The notes beneath the pieces are model-generated. The model searched no databases. It saw only the letters and a program-made list of their open reading frames with translations, and was not told the DNA's origin. A stretch of 64,000 nucleotides of DNA. It comes from an uncultured Bacteroidota bacterium. GTDB lineage: Bacteria; Bacteroidota; Ignavibacteria; Ignavibacteriales; Ignavibacteriaceae. This document shows, in pieces, positions 40,069 through 49,125 of the stretch (its first letter is position 1; each line of letters begins with the position of its first letter). The stretch lies in assembly GCA_963748105.1 (NCBI GenBank), contig CAVVHP010000022.1, positions 4,443 to 68,442 on the forward strand, written 5' to 3'. The position numbers and the translations under genes were made by a program.

Positions 40069-41901
40069 TTACTTGCCTCCCAGTATTTCAATTATTTTAT
40101 CTTCTATATCAGATACTCTAAACGGTAACCCGCGAACTATGTTCAATTGTTCAGGACGAATCAGGAATTCACTACGTATAATTTTTGCCAGCTGACCGAG
40201 ATTTATTTCCGGTATTAGGACTTTCTTGAAGTTTTTAAGAACTTCTTCAGTATTCTTAGGCATTGGATTTAAGTATTTCAGATGTGCCTGAGATACCTTA
40301 TACCCATCTCTCCTTGACTGATGAACAGCTTCTGTAATAGCTCCGTATGTTCCTCCCCATCCAAGGACTAATAAATCACCCTTTTGATCACCATCTACAA
40401 CCAGATCAGGAATATCGTTTGCAACATTCTTTACTTTCTGATCTCTTAAATGAATCATCAGGTCATGGTTATCCGGATCATAACTTACGTCACCGGTAAT
40501 ATTTGCTTTTTCCAGCCCACCAATTCTGTGTTCAAGTCCAGGTGTGCCGAGTTTAACCCACGGACGTGAAAGATTTTCATCTCTCATATATGGAGCAAAT
40601 CCTTCAACTTCTTCCCTGTATTTTACAGGTATATCAGCGATCTCGTTCATGTGTGGGACTCTCCATGGCTCCGAACCATTCGCAATGTATCCATCTGTTA
40701 AAAGGATAACGGGCGTCATATATTTTACTGCAATCCTGCTTGCCTCTATTGCCATATAAAAACAATCACTCGGAGTTGTGGCTGCAAGAACAGGAACCGG
40801 AGCTTCACCATTCCTTCCGTAAACTGCTTGCAAAAGATCTGCCTGCTCAGTTTTAGTTGGTAAACCAGTACTCGGACCTCCTCTTTGAACATCTATAATT
40901 ACCAGAGGTAATTCAGTCATTATTGCGAGTCCTACTGCTTCTGTTTTTAACGCAAGACCAGGACCGCTTGTAGTTGTTATTGCTAAATTACCTGCATAGG
41001 AAGCTCCTATCGCAGAGGTTATTCCTGCAATCTCATCTTCTGCCTGAAGAGTTTTAACTCCGAAGTTTTTATATGTACTTAAATACTGAAGAATTTCAGT
41101 AGCCGGAGTAATGGGATATGAACCAAGGAACAATGGAATTCCTGCTTTCACTGAAGCAGTTAAAAATCCAAGCGCAGTTGCTTCATTACCGGAAATACTT
41201 CTGTACGTTCCTTTAGGAAGTTTTGCAGGACTAACTTTATATCTTGTAGTAAACATTTCGGTCATTTCACCGAAATTAAATCCGGCTTTTAATGCAAGTT
41301 CATTTGATTCAATAAATTCAGGTTTCTTTTTGAATTTTGTCTTTAGCCAGTTTATCGTCTGATCCATCGATCTGTTATATAACCAGTACATTAATCCAAG
41401 AGCAAAAAAGTTTTTTGAACGTTCAATTTCTTTAGGTGATAAAGAAGTGCCTTCGAGAGCTTTTTTGGTTAAAGATGTAATTGGGACTGGATAAACTGTA
41501 TATCCTTTTAGAGAATTATCCTCAAGAGGATTTGTATCGTACTTTGCCAGCTTTAATCCCTTGGCATCAAACGCATCTGAATTTACAAGAATGATAGCAC
41601 CGGGTTTTAATTCAGTAAGATTTTTCTGAATCGCTGCTGGATTCATAGCAACGAGTACATCCGGTCTGTCACCGGGAGAATAAACTTCCTTGGTTCCAAA
41701 ATGTAATTGAAAACCGCTAACGCCATAAACTGTTCCTGAAGGAGCACGGATTTCTGCCGGGTAATCCGGAAGCGTGCTTAAATCATTTCCAAGCAAAGCA
41801 GTCGTATCGCTGAACTGTGAGCCGGTAAGCTGCATTCCGTCGCCGGAATCACCTGCAAACCGCACAGTCACATCTTCTAGTTCAAGAACTTCTTTTTCCA
41901 T
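40069..41901 (-). CDS. korA: 2-oxoacid:ferredoxin oxidoreductase alpha subunit (KorA-type), copy 1
   Basis: 610 aa with VRFAGDSGDGMQLTG, YPITPATE and QRGGPSTGLPTKTEQADL. Confidence 0.9.
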   Translation of the reverse strand: MEKEVLELEDVTVRFAGDSGDGMQLTGSQFSDTTALLGNDLSTLPDYPAEIRAPSGTVYGVSGFQLHFGTKEVYSPGDRPDVLVAMNPAAIQKNLTELKPGAIILVNSDAFDAKGLKLAKYDTNPLEDNSLKGYTVYPVPITSLTKKALEGTSLSPKEIERSKNFFALGLMYWLYNRSMDQTINWLKTKFKKKPEFIESNELALKAGFNFGEMTEMFTTRYKVSPAKLPKGTYRSISGNEATALGFLTASVKAGIPLFLGSYPITPATEILQYLSTYKNFGVKTLQAEDEIAGITSAIGASYAGNLAITTTSGPGLALKTEAVGLAIMTELPLVIIDVQRGGPSTGLPTKTEQADLLQAVYGRNGEAPVPVLAATTPSDCFYMAIEASRIAVKYMTPVILLTDGYIANGSEPWRVPHMNEIADIPVKYREEVEGFAPYMRDENLSRPWVKLGTPGLEHRIGGLEKANITGDVSYDPDNHDLMIHLRDQKVKNVANDIPDLVVDGDQKGDLLVLGWGGTYGAITEAVHQSRRDGYKVSQAHLKYLNPMPKNTEEVLKNFKKVLIPEINLGQLAKIIRSEFLIRPEQLNIVRGLPFRVSDIEDKIIEILGGK

Positions 41902-42133
41902 TGTTCTACCTTAATAATGAGTATATAAGATTAAATTTCATTTCGATCATGTAGCTCACCCATAAATTGTGCCATAAAGTATCAATGTTGATTAAATCAG
42001 TGATTTTATAAAAAGAAGGATTATTGATTTTTTTGATGGAAAATAAATTTTGCCTTGATTGCGTAGTGCTTTTATTTCTCAGAAATGGAAAGTTTCTTTA
42101 CAAAAACTAAGAATTATAAATATCAGATATTAT

Positions 42134-42161
42134 AAAAAAGCCCGTCTAAAGGCGGGCTTTT
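42134..42161 (-). terminator. Intrinsic terminator after dsbD
   Basis: GCCCGTC-taaa-GGCGGGC hairpin (42140-42157), flanked by an A-run and a T-run. Confidence 0.85.
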
Positions 42162-42185
42162 AACACAATTTCAAAGGTCTCTTTT

Positions 42186-43982
42186 TTATTCAACATCTTT
42201 CAGAATTTTGTAAAATTCTTCAGGCGGAATAAAACCCGTTATCCTTTTAACCTCATTACCATTTTTATCAAGGATTAAAACTGTAGGAACTCCGACTATT
42301 TTATATTTATTCCTCAGGGCCTCAACATCGTCTGCAAGAGATTTAGTCATATCAGCCTTCAGGTTAATAAATTTCTCTGATTCTTGAATTACTTTCGGAT
42401 CTGAAAACGTACTTGCGTCCAGTTCCTTACAAGGGATACACCAATCAGCATAAAAATCGATAATTGTACCCTTCTTGGCATTGGTATTGGCAGTCAGGAT
42501 TTGTTCGGAATATTTTTGCCACTTAATCGAGTTCTTTTGGTTTGGAATTAAAGTGTAAACCGCAACACCTATCAGTATAACTGAAAAGGCTATCCTGAAT
42601 ATCTTAAATCCCTTAACATCCTTTGCAAGTTTTTCGAAGAATAACAGGTAAATAGCAGTTATTATCATAAACACTGGTAACACAAAACCAGAAAATGAAT
42701 TCGGCAAAAGTGGTAATAGAAAATATAAAGCCATACCTATAAGTAAGAAACCAAAAACGTGTTTTACTCCATCCATCCATTCACCCGCTCTCGGCAAGTT
42801 TTTAATCTTTCCGGAAAATATAGCAAGGAATAAATAAGGTAATCCTAATCCTATTGCTAAAACAAAGAACATTAAAAATCCGAAAAACGGATCACCTTTT
42901 GCAGCAACATAAGTAACCAACCCTAGAACAAAAGGACCAATACACGGCGCCGCGACAATTCCCATAGTCAGTCCCATGAAAAAAGCACCGAAATATCCTC
43001 CTTTTGCTCCACCAGCTTTTGCGACAAGCGCATCCGGTAGTTTAAATTCATAAACTCCGAACATGCTCAGCGACAAAGCCAGGAAAATTAGGACAATAGA
43101 TAATATGACAAAAGTGTTCTGTAACAAGGTCCCGAAAATCGCTCCGCTCAGCGCAGTAACAACACCTATAACAGAATATGTTAAAGCCAACCCGATTACG
43201 AACAGCAAGCCCATCAAAAATAATTTTTTTGTATTGCCTTCACTCTGGCCGCCAAAGTAACCAATAGTTATAGGAATCAGCGGATAGACACATGGCGTGA
43301 GATTAAGTGCAAGTCCGCCCAGAAATACAAGCAGTAAACCTATTAGTAATCCATGGGATTCAAGAGAAGATGTAATCGAATCACCCTGATCAGTTTTTGT
43401 AATTGAAGTAGTATTGGAAAGTCCGAGCTTCAAATTCTTAAACAGCTCAATATTAATATTATTTACTTCAGATTTATTCGATGTAACGATTATTTCCAGA
43501 GTATCCTGTACATTCATGGGTGGAAGGCAGGTACTATTATTACAACTCTGGTACTCGATATCCGTAATTATTTTATATTTCCCCGACAGAATATCGGTCG
43601 GAGTTTTTATTGTTCCACCGATGTAAATTTCACCTTCCCATACAGATAACGGATTATCTGAGAATCCAAGTGTAACGTTTTGTGCTGGTGGATAAACTAC
43701 TTTTTCAAGATTAAAAAAACCCTTCCCTGTATTTATAATCGTCAGTTTAGTAGGAATTAAGAAATCCTCATTGGGTTTATCTGAATTTATATGCCAGCCA
43801 TCTTTAATATTAGTTTTAATTGCAATATTGAATGCGTCACCGGGGCTGACTTTATCGACCGACAAAAAAGATTTTATGGATACTTTTGCTGCATCGTTTG
43901 ACTGAGCATAATTAATATTTGCCAGTAATAATATTATTGTCAACAAGGATAGTAAATTGATTAGTTTTTTCATATTTGTCAA
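42186..43982 (-). CDS. dsbD: Thiol:disulfide interchange protein DsbD-like (N-terminal DsbD-alpha-like domain, CcdA/DsbD TM core, C-terminal thioredoxin)
   Basis: 598 aa with a signal peptide. The TM core has LNLTPCVYPLIP and AAPCIGPF cysteines. The C-terminal thioredoxin domain has a WCIPCK active site. The alternative start is M4 (43973). Confidence 0.88.
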   Translation of the reverse strand: MTNMKKLINLLSLLTIILLLANINYAQSNDAAKVSIKSFLSVDKVSPGDAFNIAIKTNIKDGWHINSDKPNEDFLIPTKLTIINTGKGFFNLEKVVYPPAQNVTLGFSDNPLSVWEGEIYIGGTIKTPTDILSGKYKIITDIEYQSCNNSTCLPPMNVQDTLEIIVTSNKSEVNNINIELFKNLKLGLSNTTSITKTDQGDSITSSLESHGLLIGLLLVFLGGLALNLTPCVYPLIPITIGYFGGQSEGNTKKLFLMGLLFVIGLALTYSVIGVVTALSGAIFGTLLQNTFVILSIVLIFLALSLSMFGVYEFKLPDALVAKAGGAKGGYFGAFFMGLTMGIVAAPCIGPFVLGLVTYVAAKGDPFFGFLMFFVLAIGLGLPYLFLAIFSGKIKNLPRAGEWMDGVKHVFGFLLIGMALYFLLPLLPNSFSGFVLPVFMIITAIYLLFFEKLAKDVKGFKIFRIAFSVILIGVAVYTLIPNQKNSIKWQKYSEQILTANTNAKKGTIIDFYADWCIPCKELDASTFSDPKVIQESEKFINLKADMTKSLADDVEALRNKYKIVGVPTVLILDKNGNEVKRITGFIPPEEFYKILKDVE

Positions 43983-43990
43983 ATTTTATT

Positions 43991-45640
43991 TTAGGGTTTT
44001 TGTTGTTTTCTCCAGCCCTGAACAATCGGGAATCTCCGACCGTAACCAAATGCTTTAGTAGAAACTCTTAAAGCAGGGGCAGCCTGAAATCTTTTATATT
44101 CATTTTTATCAATTAAATCCAGAATTTTTGAGACGGTTTCTTCATCGCCAATTTCATTTACGATTTCTTTGTATTCTTTATTTTGTTCAAGGTACATTCT
44201 TAATATGTGATCTAGTAATTCATAAGGAGGCAAACTATCCTGATCTTTTTGATTCTCTCTCAATTCAGCTGATGGCGCCTTTGTAATTATTTCATTAGGG
44301 ATAATTTCATTTTCTTTATTAATAAATTTTGCAATCCGGTATACATCAGTTTTGTAAACATCCGCAATTACTCCAAGTCCTCCACACATATCACCGTATA
44401 AAGTACAATAGCCGACTGCCATTTCGGATTTATTACCCGTAGTAAGCAGCAAATAATTAAATTTATTTGAAATTGCCATCAGGTTTACGCCCCTGATTCG
44501 TGCCTGTAGATTTTCTTCAGTCACATCTGATTTCTTCTTTACAAAAACAGGCGATAATAATTTCAAAAAACTTGTGTATGCTGATTTAATTGAAATCGTC
44601 TCAGATGAGATGCCTAAGTTTTCTATTAGTTTCAGTGAATCAGTTTTACTTCCTCTGCTCGAATATTGAGATGGCATCATGACAACGTGAACATTTTCTT
44701 TGCCTAAGGCCTGAACTGCAATATAAGCAACAAGCGCTGAGTCTATACCACCGCTTAATCCGACAACGACTTCTTTAAAGCCCTGTTTTCTGCAATATTC
44801 TTTTACTCCGAATACTAAAGAATTCAGCACCTCTTCTTCAAAACTTTTTTCTGTTTCTTTAATAGATGCATATGTTCCGTTCGTTTCAAAAATAAAATAG
44901 TCTTCATCAAATGAATTACCCAGGCAAACAAGTTCTCCCTTACCATCAAAACACATACTGGCACCATCAAATATCAAATCAGTTTGTGCTCCTACACAGC
45001 ACACATAAGCAAGAGGAATTTTATTCCCTTTTGTTAAGACTGAAAGCATTTCTTTTCTGTCCTTCCTTTTTCCGTATGCATAAGGACTGGCAGAAATATT
45101 TAATAGTACTGTCGCTCCCTGGTTGATTAAATTTGCCACAGGATCTTCTGTATATCTTCTTACATGCCAGTAATCCGCATCATTCCAGATATCTTCACAG
45201 ATAGAAATTCCGAGTTTTTCACCTTTGAATTCGTGAATAAAAATTTCCTTTGCCGGATCAAAATATCTCATTTCATCAAAGACATCATAATTCGGGATTA
45301 ATGATTTATGCTGAACAAATTTAATTTCTCCATCGTAGCACATTATTGCAGAGTTATGAACATCCGTTCCTATATTATCATCATCTTCAGTAATTGATCC
45401 AAAAATAAGTCCGGTATTTTTTGTAACAGCAGCAATTTCATTTGCAGCTTTAGCAACAGCATTTCTGAATTCTTTCTTTTCAATCAGATCAAGTGGCGGA
45501 TATCCCAGCAGGGATAATTCCGGAAAAATTACCAGATCGGCTCCGTCATTCTCAGCCTTTTTGTAACCTGAAATTATTTTGTTTTTATTACCGGCAATAT
45601 CACCGATAATTGTATTTATTTGGCAAAGTGCAATTTTCAT
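43991..45640 (-). CDS. nadE: Glutamine-dependent NAD+ synthetase (CN-hydrolase + NAD synthetase domains)
   Basis: 549 aa. The N-terminal nitrilase-like domain has KIALCQIN...FPELSLLGYPP...ISICEDIW. The C-terminal domain has the SGGIDSA PP-loop. Confidence 0.92.
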   Translation of the reverse strand: MKIALCQINTIIGDIAGNKNKIISGYKKAENDGADLVIFPELSLLGYPPLDLIEKKEFRNAVAKAANEIAAVTKNTGLIFGSITEDDDNIGTDVHNSAIMCYDGEIKFVQHKSLIPNYDVFDEMRYFDPAKEIFIHEFKGEKLGISICEDIWNDADYWHVRRYTEDPVANLINQGATVLLNISASPYAYGKRKDRKEMLSVLTKGNKIPLAYVCCVGAQTDLIFDGASMCFDGKGELVCLGNSFDEDYFIFETNGTYASIKETEKSFEEEVLNSLVFGVKEYCRKQGFKEVVVGLSGGIDSALVAYIAVQALGKENVHVVMMPSQYSSRGSKTDSLKLIENLGISSETISIKSAYTSFLKLLSPVFVKKKSDVTEENLQARIRGVNLMAISNKFNYLLLTTGNKSEMAVGYCTLYGDMCGGLGVIADVYKTDVYRIAKFINKENEIIPNEIITKAPSAELRENQKDQDSLPPYELLDHILRMYLEQNKEYKEIVNEIGDEETVSKILDLIDKNEYKRFQAAPALRVSTKAFGYGRRFPIVQGWRKQQKP

Positions 45641-45841
45641 AAATCTTAAAATGTTTTAGCAAAAATATGAAAGGTTCTTCCGTTTTACAACGAATTCGTA
45701 AAAATGTTGCTTTATTTAAGAATAAATCGTTTTTATGAGCAAATCGCTCTACCGTTAATTTAATCCTGTGCCCGAATTCACGTATATTTTACCGATAATA
45801 CCATTATTTACTCTTCTATCGAATTATTTATTATTATATCA

Positions 45842-46300
45842 ATGGGAAACAAAAAATTAATGGAGAATAAGATGAAAAAGAAGTGGTATAGATCCAGAAA
45901 AGACAAAATGATCGGCGGTGTTTGTGGAGGTCTTGGTGAGTATTTTGATATTGACCCTACATTAGTACGAATTATTTTTGTTGTGGGTCTGTTTATGGCG
46001 GCTGGTTTCCTTGCATATATCGTTCTCTGGATAGTTGTACCTGAAGAACCTTTAATTCCTGCTACCAAGAACAACACTGAAACAACAGGAGAGCCCGGAG
46101 CTGAAGCAAACCCGGCTAAGGATCAGCAACAACAAACACCAGAAGTTCCAAAGAGAAACAGATCCGGAATATTCGGCGGCATAATGGTAATTTTGGGAGT
46201 CCTTTTGTTGATTGATAATTTTGTTACTTTTCACGCCTTCTGGCCACTTGTACTTATTTTAATTGGCGTAGGAATTTTGCTGAAAAACAGAAATGATTAA
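45842..46300 (+). CDS. pspC: PspC-domain membrane protein
   Basis: WYRSRKDKMIGGVCGGLGEYFDIDPTLVRIIFVV is a canonical PspC domain. It is followed by a TM, a low-complexity linker and a C-terminal TM pair. The start is uncertain (M at 45842, 45860 or 45872). Confidence 0.8.
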   Translation: MGNKKLMENKMKKKWYRSRKDKMIGGVCGGLGEYFDIDPTLVRIIFVVGLFMAAGFLAYIVLWIVVPEEPLIPATKNNTETTGEPGAEANPAKDQQQQTPEVPKRNRSGIFGGIMVILGVLLLIDNFVTFHAFWPLVLILIGVGILLKNRND

Positions 46301-46321
46301 AATTTAATCGAGAGTTTTAAA

Positions 46322-47257
46322 ATGAAAACGAAACATATATTCTGGGGTACATTATTCATTTCAATAGGAATATTGGTACTACTTAATAATCTAATTGGAT
46401 TCACTATTTACTGGGATGATATCTGGAGATTCTGGCCGGTTGTCCTTGTGCTTTGGGGTGTAACTATTTTAGTAAGAGATAAATTCTTTAAAGGAATTCT
46501 CTCAGGAGCATCAGGGATTATTCTTGCCCTTATAATTTTTACATCATTTCAGTCAACTGCTGGAATTTTTTCTGATCATTATTGGAACTCAAATGATTTT
46601 TATATCTCAATGGACAGTTCAGAGAATATGCAACAATTTACAGAGCCGTATAACCCGGATTATAAATATTCTTATTTGCACTTTGCAAGTGGTGCAGGAT
46701 CATTTAGCATTGTCAATTCCACAAATGAGTTAATTGAAGCCACAACAGCAGGAGCGGATTACGATTTTAGTATTGATAAAGATTCCGGTGATAATAAAGT
46801 GTCTCTCGACTTATCAATGGAAGATCACAGATTTAATTTTTATCACGGTAAATTAAAAAATAAAGCCCGTTTTTCATTAAACACAAATCCACAATGGGAT
46901 ATGGATTTTGATATTGGAGCTGCTTCAGCAGATTTCGATTTAACTCAATATAAAGTTGATAAACTAAAAATTGAAATGGGTGCAGCCTCATTAAAATTAA
47001 GATTAGGTATGAAATCGGATGTTTCAAATGTGAAGATTTCCGGTGGAGCATCAGCAATTCATATTTACGTTCCTACAGGCGCTGGTTGCGATATTGTTTC
47101 GGATATCAATTTATCATCCAGACATTTCAAAGGATTCGGCAAACTTAGCAGAAACCATTATCAGACTGATAATTTTGACTCAGCAACAAAAAAGATATAT
47201 TTGAATATAGATGCGGGTGTTTCTTCAATAACAGTAACCAGAACTGATAACTGGTAA
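46322..47257 (+). CDS. LiaF-like / toastrack (DUF2154-type) cell-envelope stress protein with LiaI-LiaF-like TM N-terminus
   Basis: 311 aa. The N-terminus has 4 TM helices (FWGTLFISIGILVLLNN...FWPVVLVLWGVTILV). The C-terminus has repetitive beta-strand segments (GAASADFDL..GAASLKLRL..GGASAIHIYVP..DAGVSSITV), typical of LiaF C-terminal/toastrack domains. Confidence 0.65.
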   Translation: MKTKHIFWGTLFISIGILVLLNNLIGFTIYWDDIWRFWPVVLVLWGVTILVRDKFFKGILSGASGIILALIIFTSFQSTAGIFSDHYWNSNDFYISMDSSENMQQFTEPYNPDYKYSYLHFASGAGSFSIVNSTNELIEATTAGADYDFSIDKDSGDNKVSLDLSMEDHRFNFYHGKLKNKARFSLNTNPQWDMDFDIGAASADFDLTQYKVDKLKIEMGAASLKLRLGMKSDVSNVKISGGASAIHIYVPTGAGCDIVSDINLSSRHFKGFGKLSRNHYQTDNFDSATKKIYLNIDAGVSSITVTRTDNW

Positions 47258-47259
47258 TA

Positions 47260-47616
47260 TTATTTTTTCTTCTTTCTTTTCTTCCTGATTTTTGATGGCT
47301 GTGGTTTCCAGAGATGTTTCTCAAGTATAACACAGCCATCTTCATCAAATTCAATTCCTTCAGAAAGTAATAAATCTTTCATTAAATCAGGGTCACCGAA
47401 ATGCGTACGGCCAGTAAGTGCTCCGAACCTGTTTACAACTCTGTGACACGGCAAACCGGTGACACTTGTACCGTTTATTGCCCACCCTACAGTTCTTGCT
47501 GCTGAACGTGTGCCGCACGCTTCAGCAATATCACCATAAGTTGTCACTTTCCCGTAAGGAATTTTTGCAACAACCTTATATACTTTTTCGAAGAAATCAG
47601 TTTTACTTTTACTCAT
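47260..47616 (-). CDS. MGMT-family protein (methylated-DNA-protein-cysteine methyltransferase DNA-binding/active-site domain only)
   Basis: 118 aa with IPYGKVTTYGDIA and the active-site PCHRVV. It ends in a polybasic tail KIRKKRKKKK. Confidence 0.8.
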   Translation of the reverse strand: MSKSKTDFFEKVYKVVAKIPYGKVTTYGDIAEACGTRSAARTVGWAINGTSVTGLPCHRVVNRFGALTGRTHFGDPDLMKDLLLSEGIEFDEDGCVILEKHLWKPQPSKIRKKRKKKK

Positions 47617-47657
47617 TTAACACTATTGGCTGGTAGCAACTAAACGGTTTGCCAACT

Positions 47658-48759
47658 CTAATTTTGACTAAATTTTAACAGATAGGCTCTGATAAATTTG
47701 TTGATATCTCCATCCATAACTTTCTGAACGTCTGAAGTCTCTTCATCAGTTCTATGGTCTTTTACCATATTATAGGGATGAAAAACATATGAACGAATCT
47801 GACTTCCCCACTCAATTTTCATTTTACTTTTTTCAACTTCATCAAGTTCAGCTTCCTGCTTTTCAAGTTCTATCTGGTACAATTTGGATTTTAAAAGCTT
47901 CATTGCATTAACGCGGTTTTGTCCCTGTGAACGTTCGCTCTGGCAGGCTGCAACAGTATTCGTTGGAATATGGGTTATGCGGACGGCTGTTTCTACTTTA
48001 TTTACATTTTGCCCGCCTTTACCGCCAGACCGGTACGTATCAACTCTTAAATCTGCAGGATTAATATCAATTTCAATTGTATCATCGACTTCCGGTATAA
48101 CAAAAACTGAAGCAAAAGAAGTATGTCTTCTTTTATTTGAATCAAACGGGGAAATTCTTACCAGCCTGTGTACCCCGTTTTCAGCTTTTAAATATCCGTA
48201 AGCAAATTCACCTTCCACCCCAATTGTAGCGCTTTTTATTCCTGCACCGTCACCTTCAAGAATGTCAACAAGTGTCATTTTAAAATTATTTTGCTCTCCC
48301 CACCTGATATACATTCTCATCAGCATATCCGTCCAATCCTGTGATTCCGTACCCCCTGCTCCTGAATGAATGGTAAGTATACAATTTTTCTTGTCATCTT
48401 TACCACTTAGCATATTTTTAAATTCAGCGTTTTCTATAGCAGTTTCAAGTTCCACCATTTCTTTTTGAATCTCACCTTCAAAGGAGGAATCTTCTTCCAT
48501 TTGTGCTAACTGAATTATTTCTTGGAGGTTCTCAGCTTTATCATTAACTCCCTGCCATAGTACTACCCATGATTCGAGGGTTTTGATTTCTTGCAGAATT
48601 TTTTGTGCAGCTATCTGATCATCCCAAAAACCAGGTTGACTGGTCTGGTTTTGAAGTTCTTTTACTTTTGTGTCTTTATTAACGACGTCAAAGATAACTC
48701 CGTAAATTATCGATTCTTTTCTTATAAGCTGACAATGTCTTTAATTCTTCTTCGTACAT
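47658..48759 (-). CDS. prfB: Peptide chain release factor 2, requires programmed +1 frameshift
   Basis: ORF0 is [23 protein letters not shown] followed by UGA (48759-48688). The +1 frame continues [25 protein letters not shown]... into the 280-aa track ORF. SPF tripeptide (RISPFDS) and GGQ ([19 protein letters not shown]) motifs are present. The total is about 366 aa. Confidence 0.93.
48687..48701 (-). promoter_or_regulatory. RF2 autoregulatory +1 frameshift signal
   Basis: The minus strand reads GGAG-TTAT-CTT-TGA-C. An SD-like element sits 4 nt upstream of the slippery CUU followed by in-frame UGA C, matching the conserved bacterial prfB recoding site. Confidence 0.9.
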
Positions 48760-48813
48760 TTAAGCTCCATTTACTTTTATATAAATTTCTAAATCTCTTA
48801 TTGTTATTTGATT

Positions 48814-49125
48814 TTAAACATCCAGTTCCATTCTAAGCATTGCACTGGCCAGAATTTTACCCTGTGCATCATGTTTCAATGAAACTGTTCCACCTCCACC
48901 AAGCGTGTTATGCAGCAAAAAATTTATTGCACGGATATTCGGCATTTCATATCTCTCTACTTCACCAAAACAGATGCCTTGAAAATGTTTTTTAACTCTT
49001 GCAGTTGTAAGATGCTTCTTAATTATTTCAAATCCTTTGTCATCATAAGCAATCACACCTACATTTCCTGCATCACCTTTATCACCGCTTCTTGCGTGTG
49101 CAATATCGATTAATTTAATTTTCAT
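48814..49125 (-). CDS. DUF4387-like small protein (partner of AtuA-like DUF1446 proteins)
   Basis: 103 aa with MKIKLIDIAHARSGDKGDAGNVGVIAY... Its start codon immediately abuts the stop codon of the upstream DUF1446 gene (shared coordinate 49125), implying translational coupling. Confidence 0.7.
   Translation of the reverse strand: MKIKLIDIAHARSGDKGDAGNVGVIAYDDKGFEIIKKHLTTARVKKHFQGICFGEVERYEMPNIRAINFLLHNTLGGGGTVSLKHDAQGKILASAMLRMELDV

Noticed and set aside
41960-42040. TTGAT/ATCAA-like half-sites upstream of korA-1 (ATCAATGTTGAT, TTGATTAAATCAG, TTGATTTTTTTGATGG), considered as an FNR/CRP-type box.
   Set aside because: None has the TTGAT-N4-ATCAA spacing. These short AT-rich words are expected by chance in DNA of this composition.
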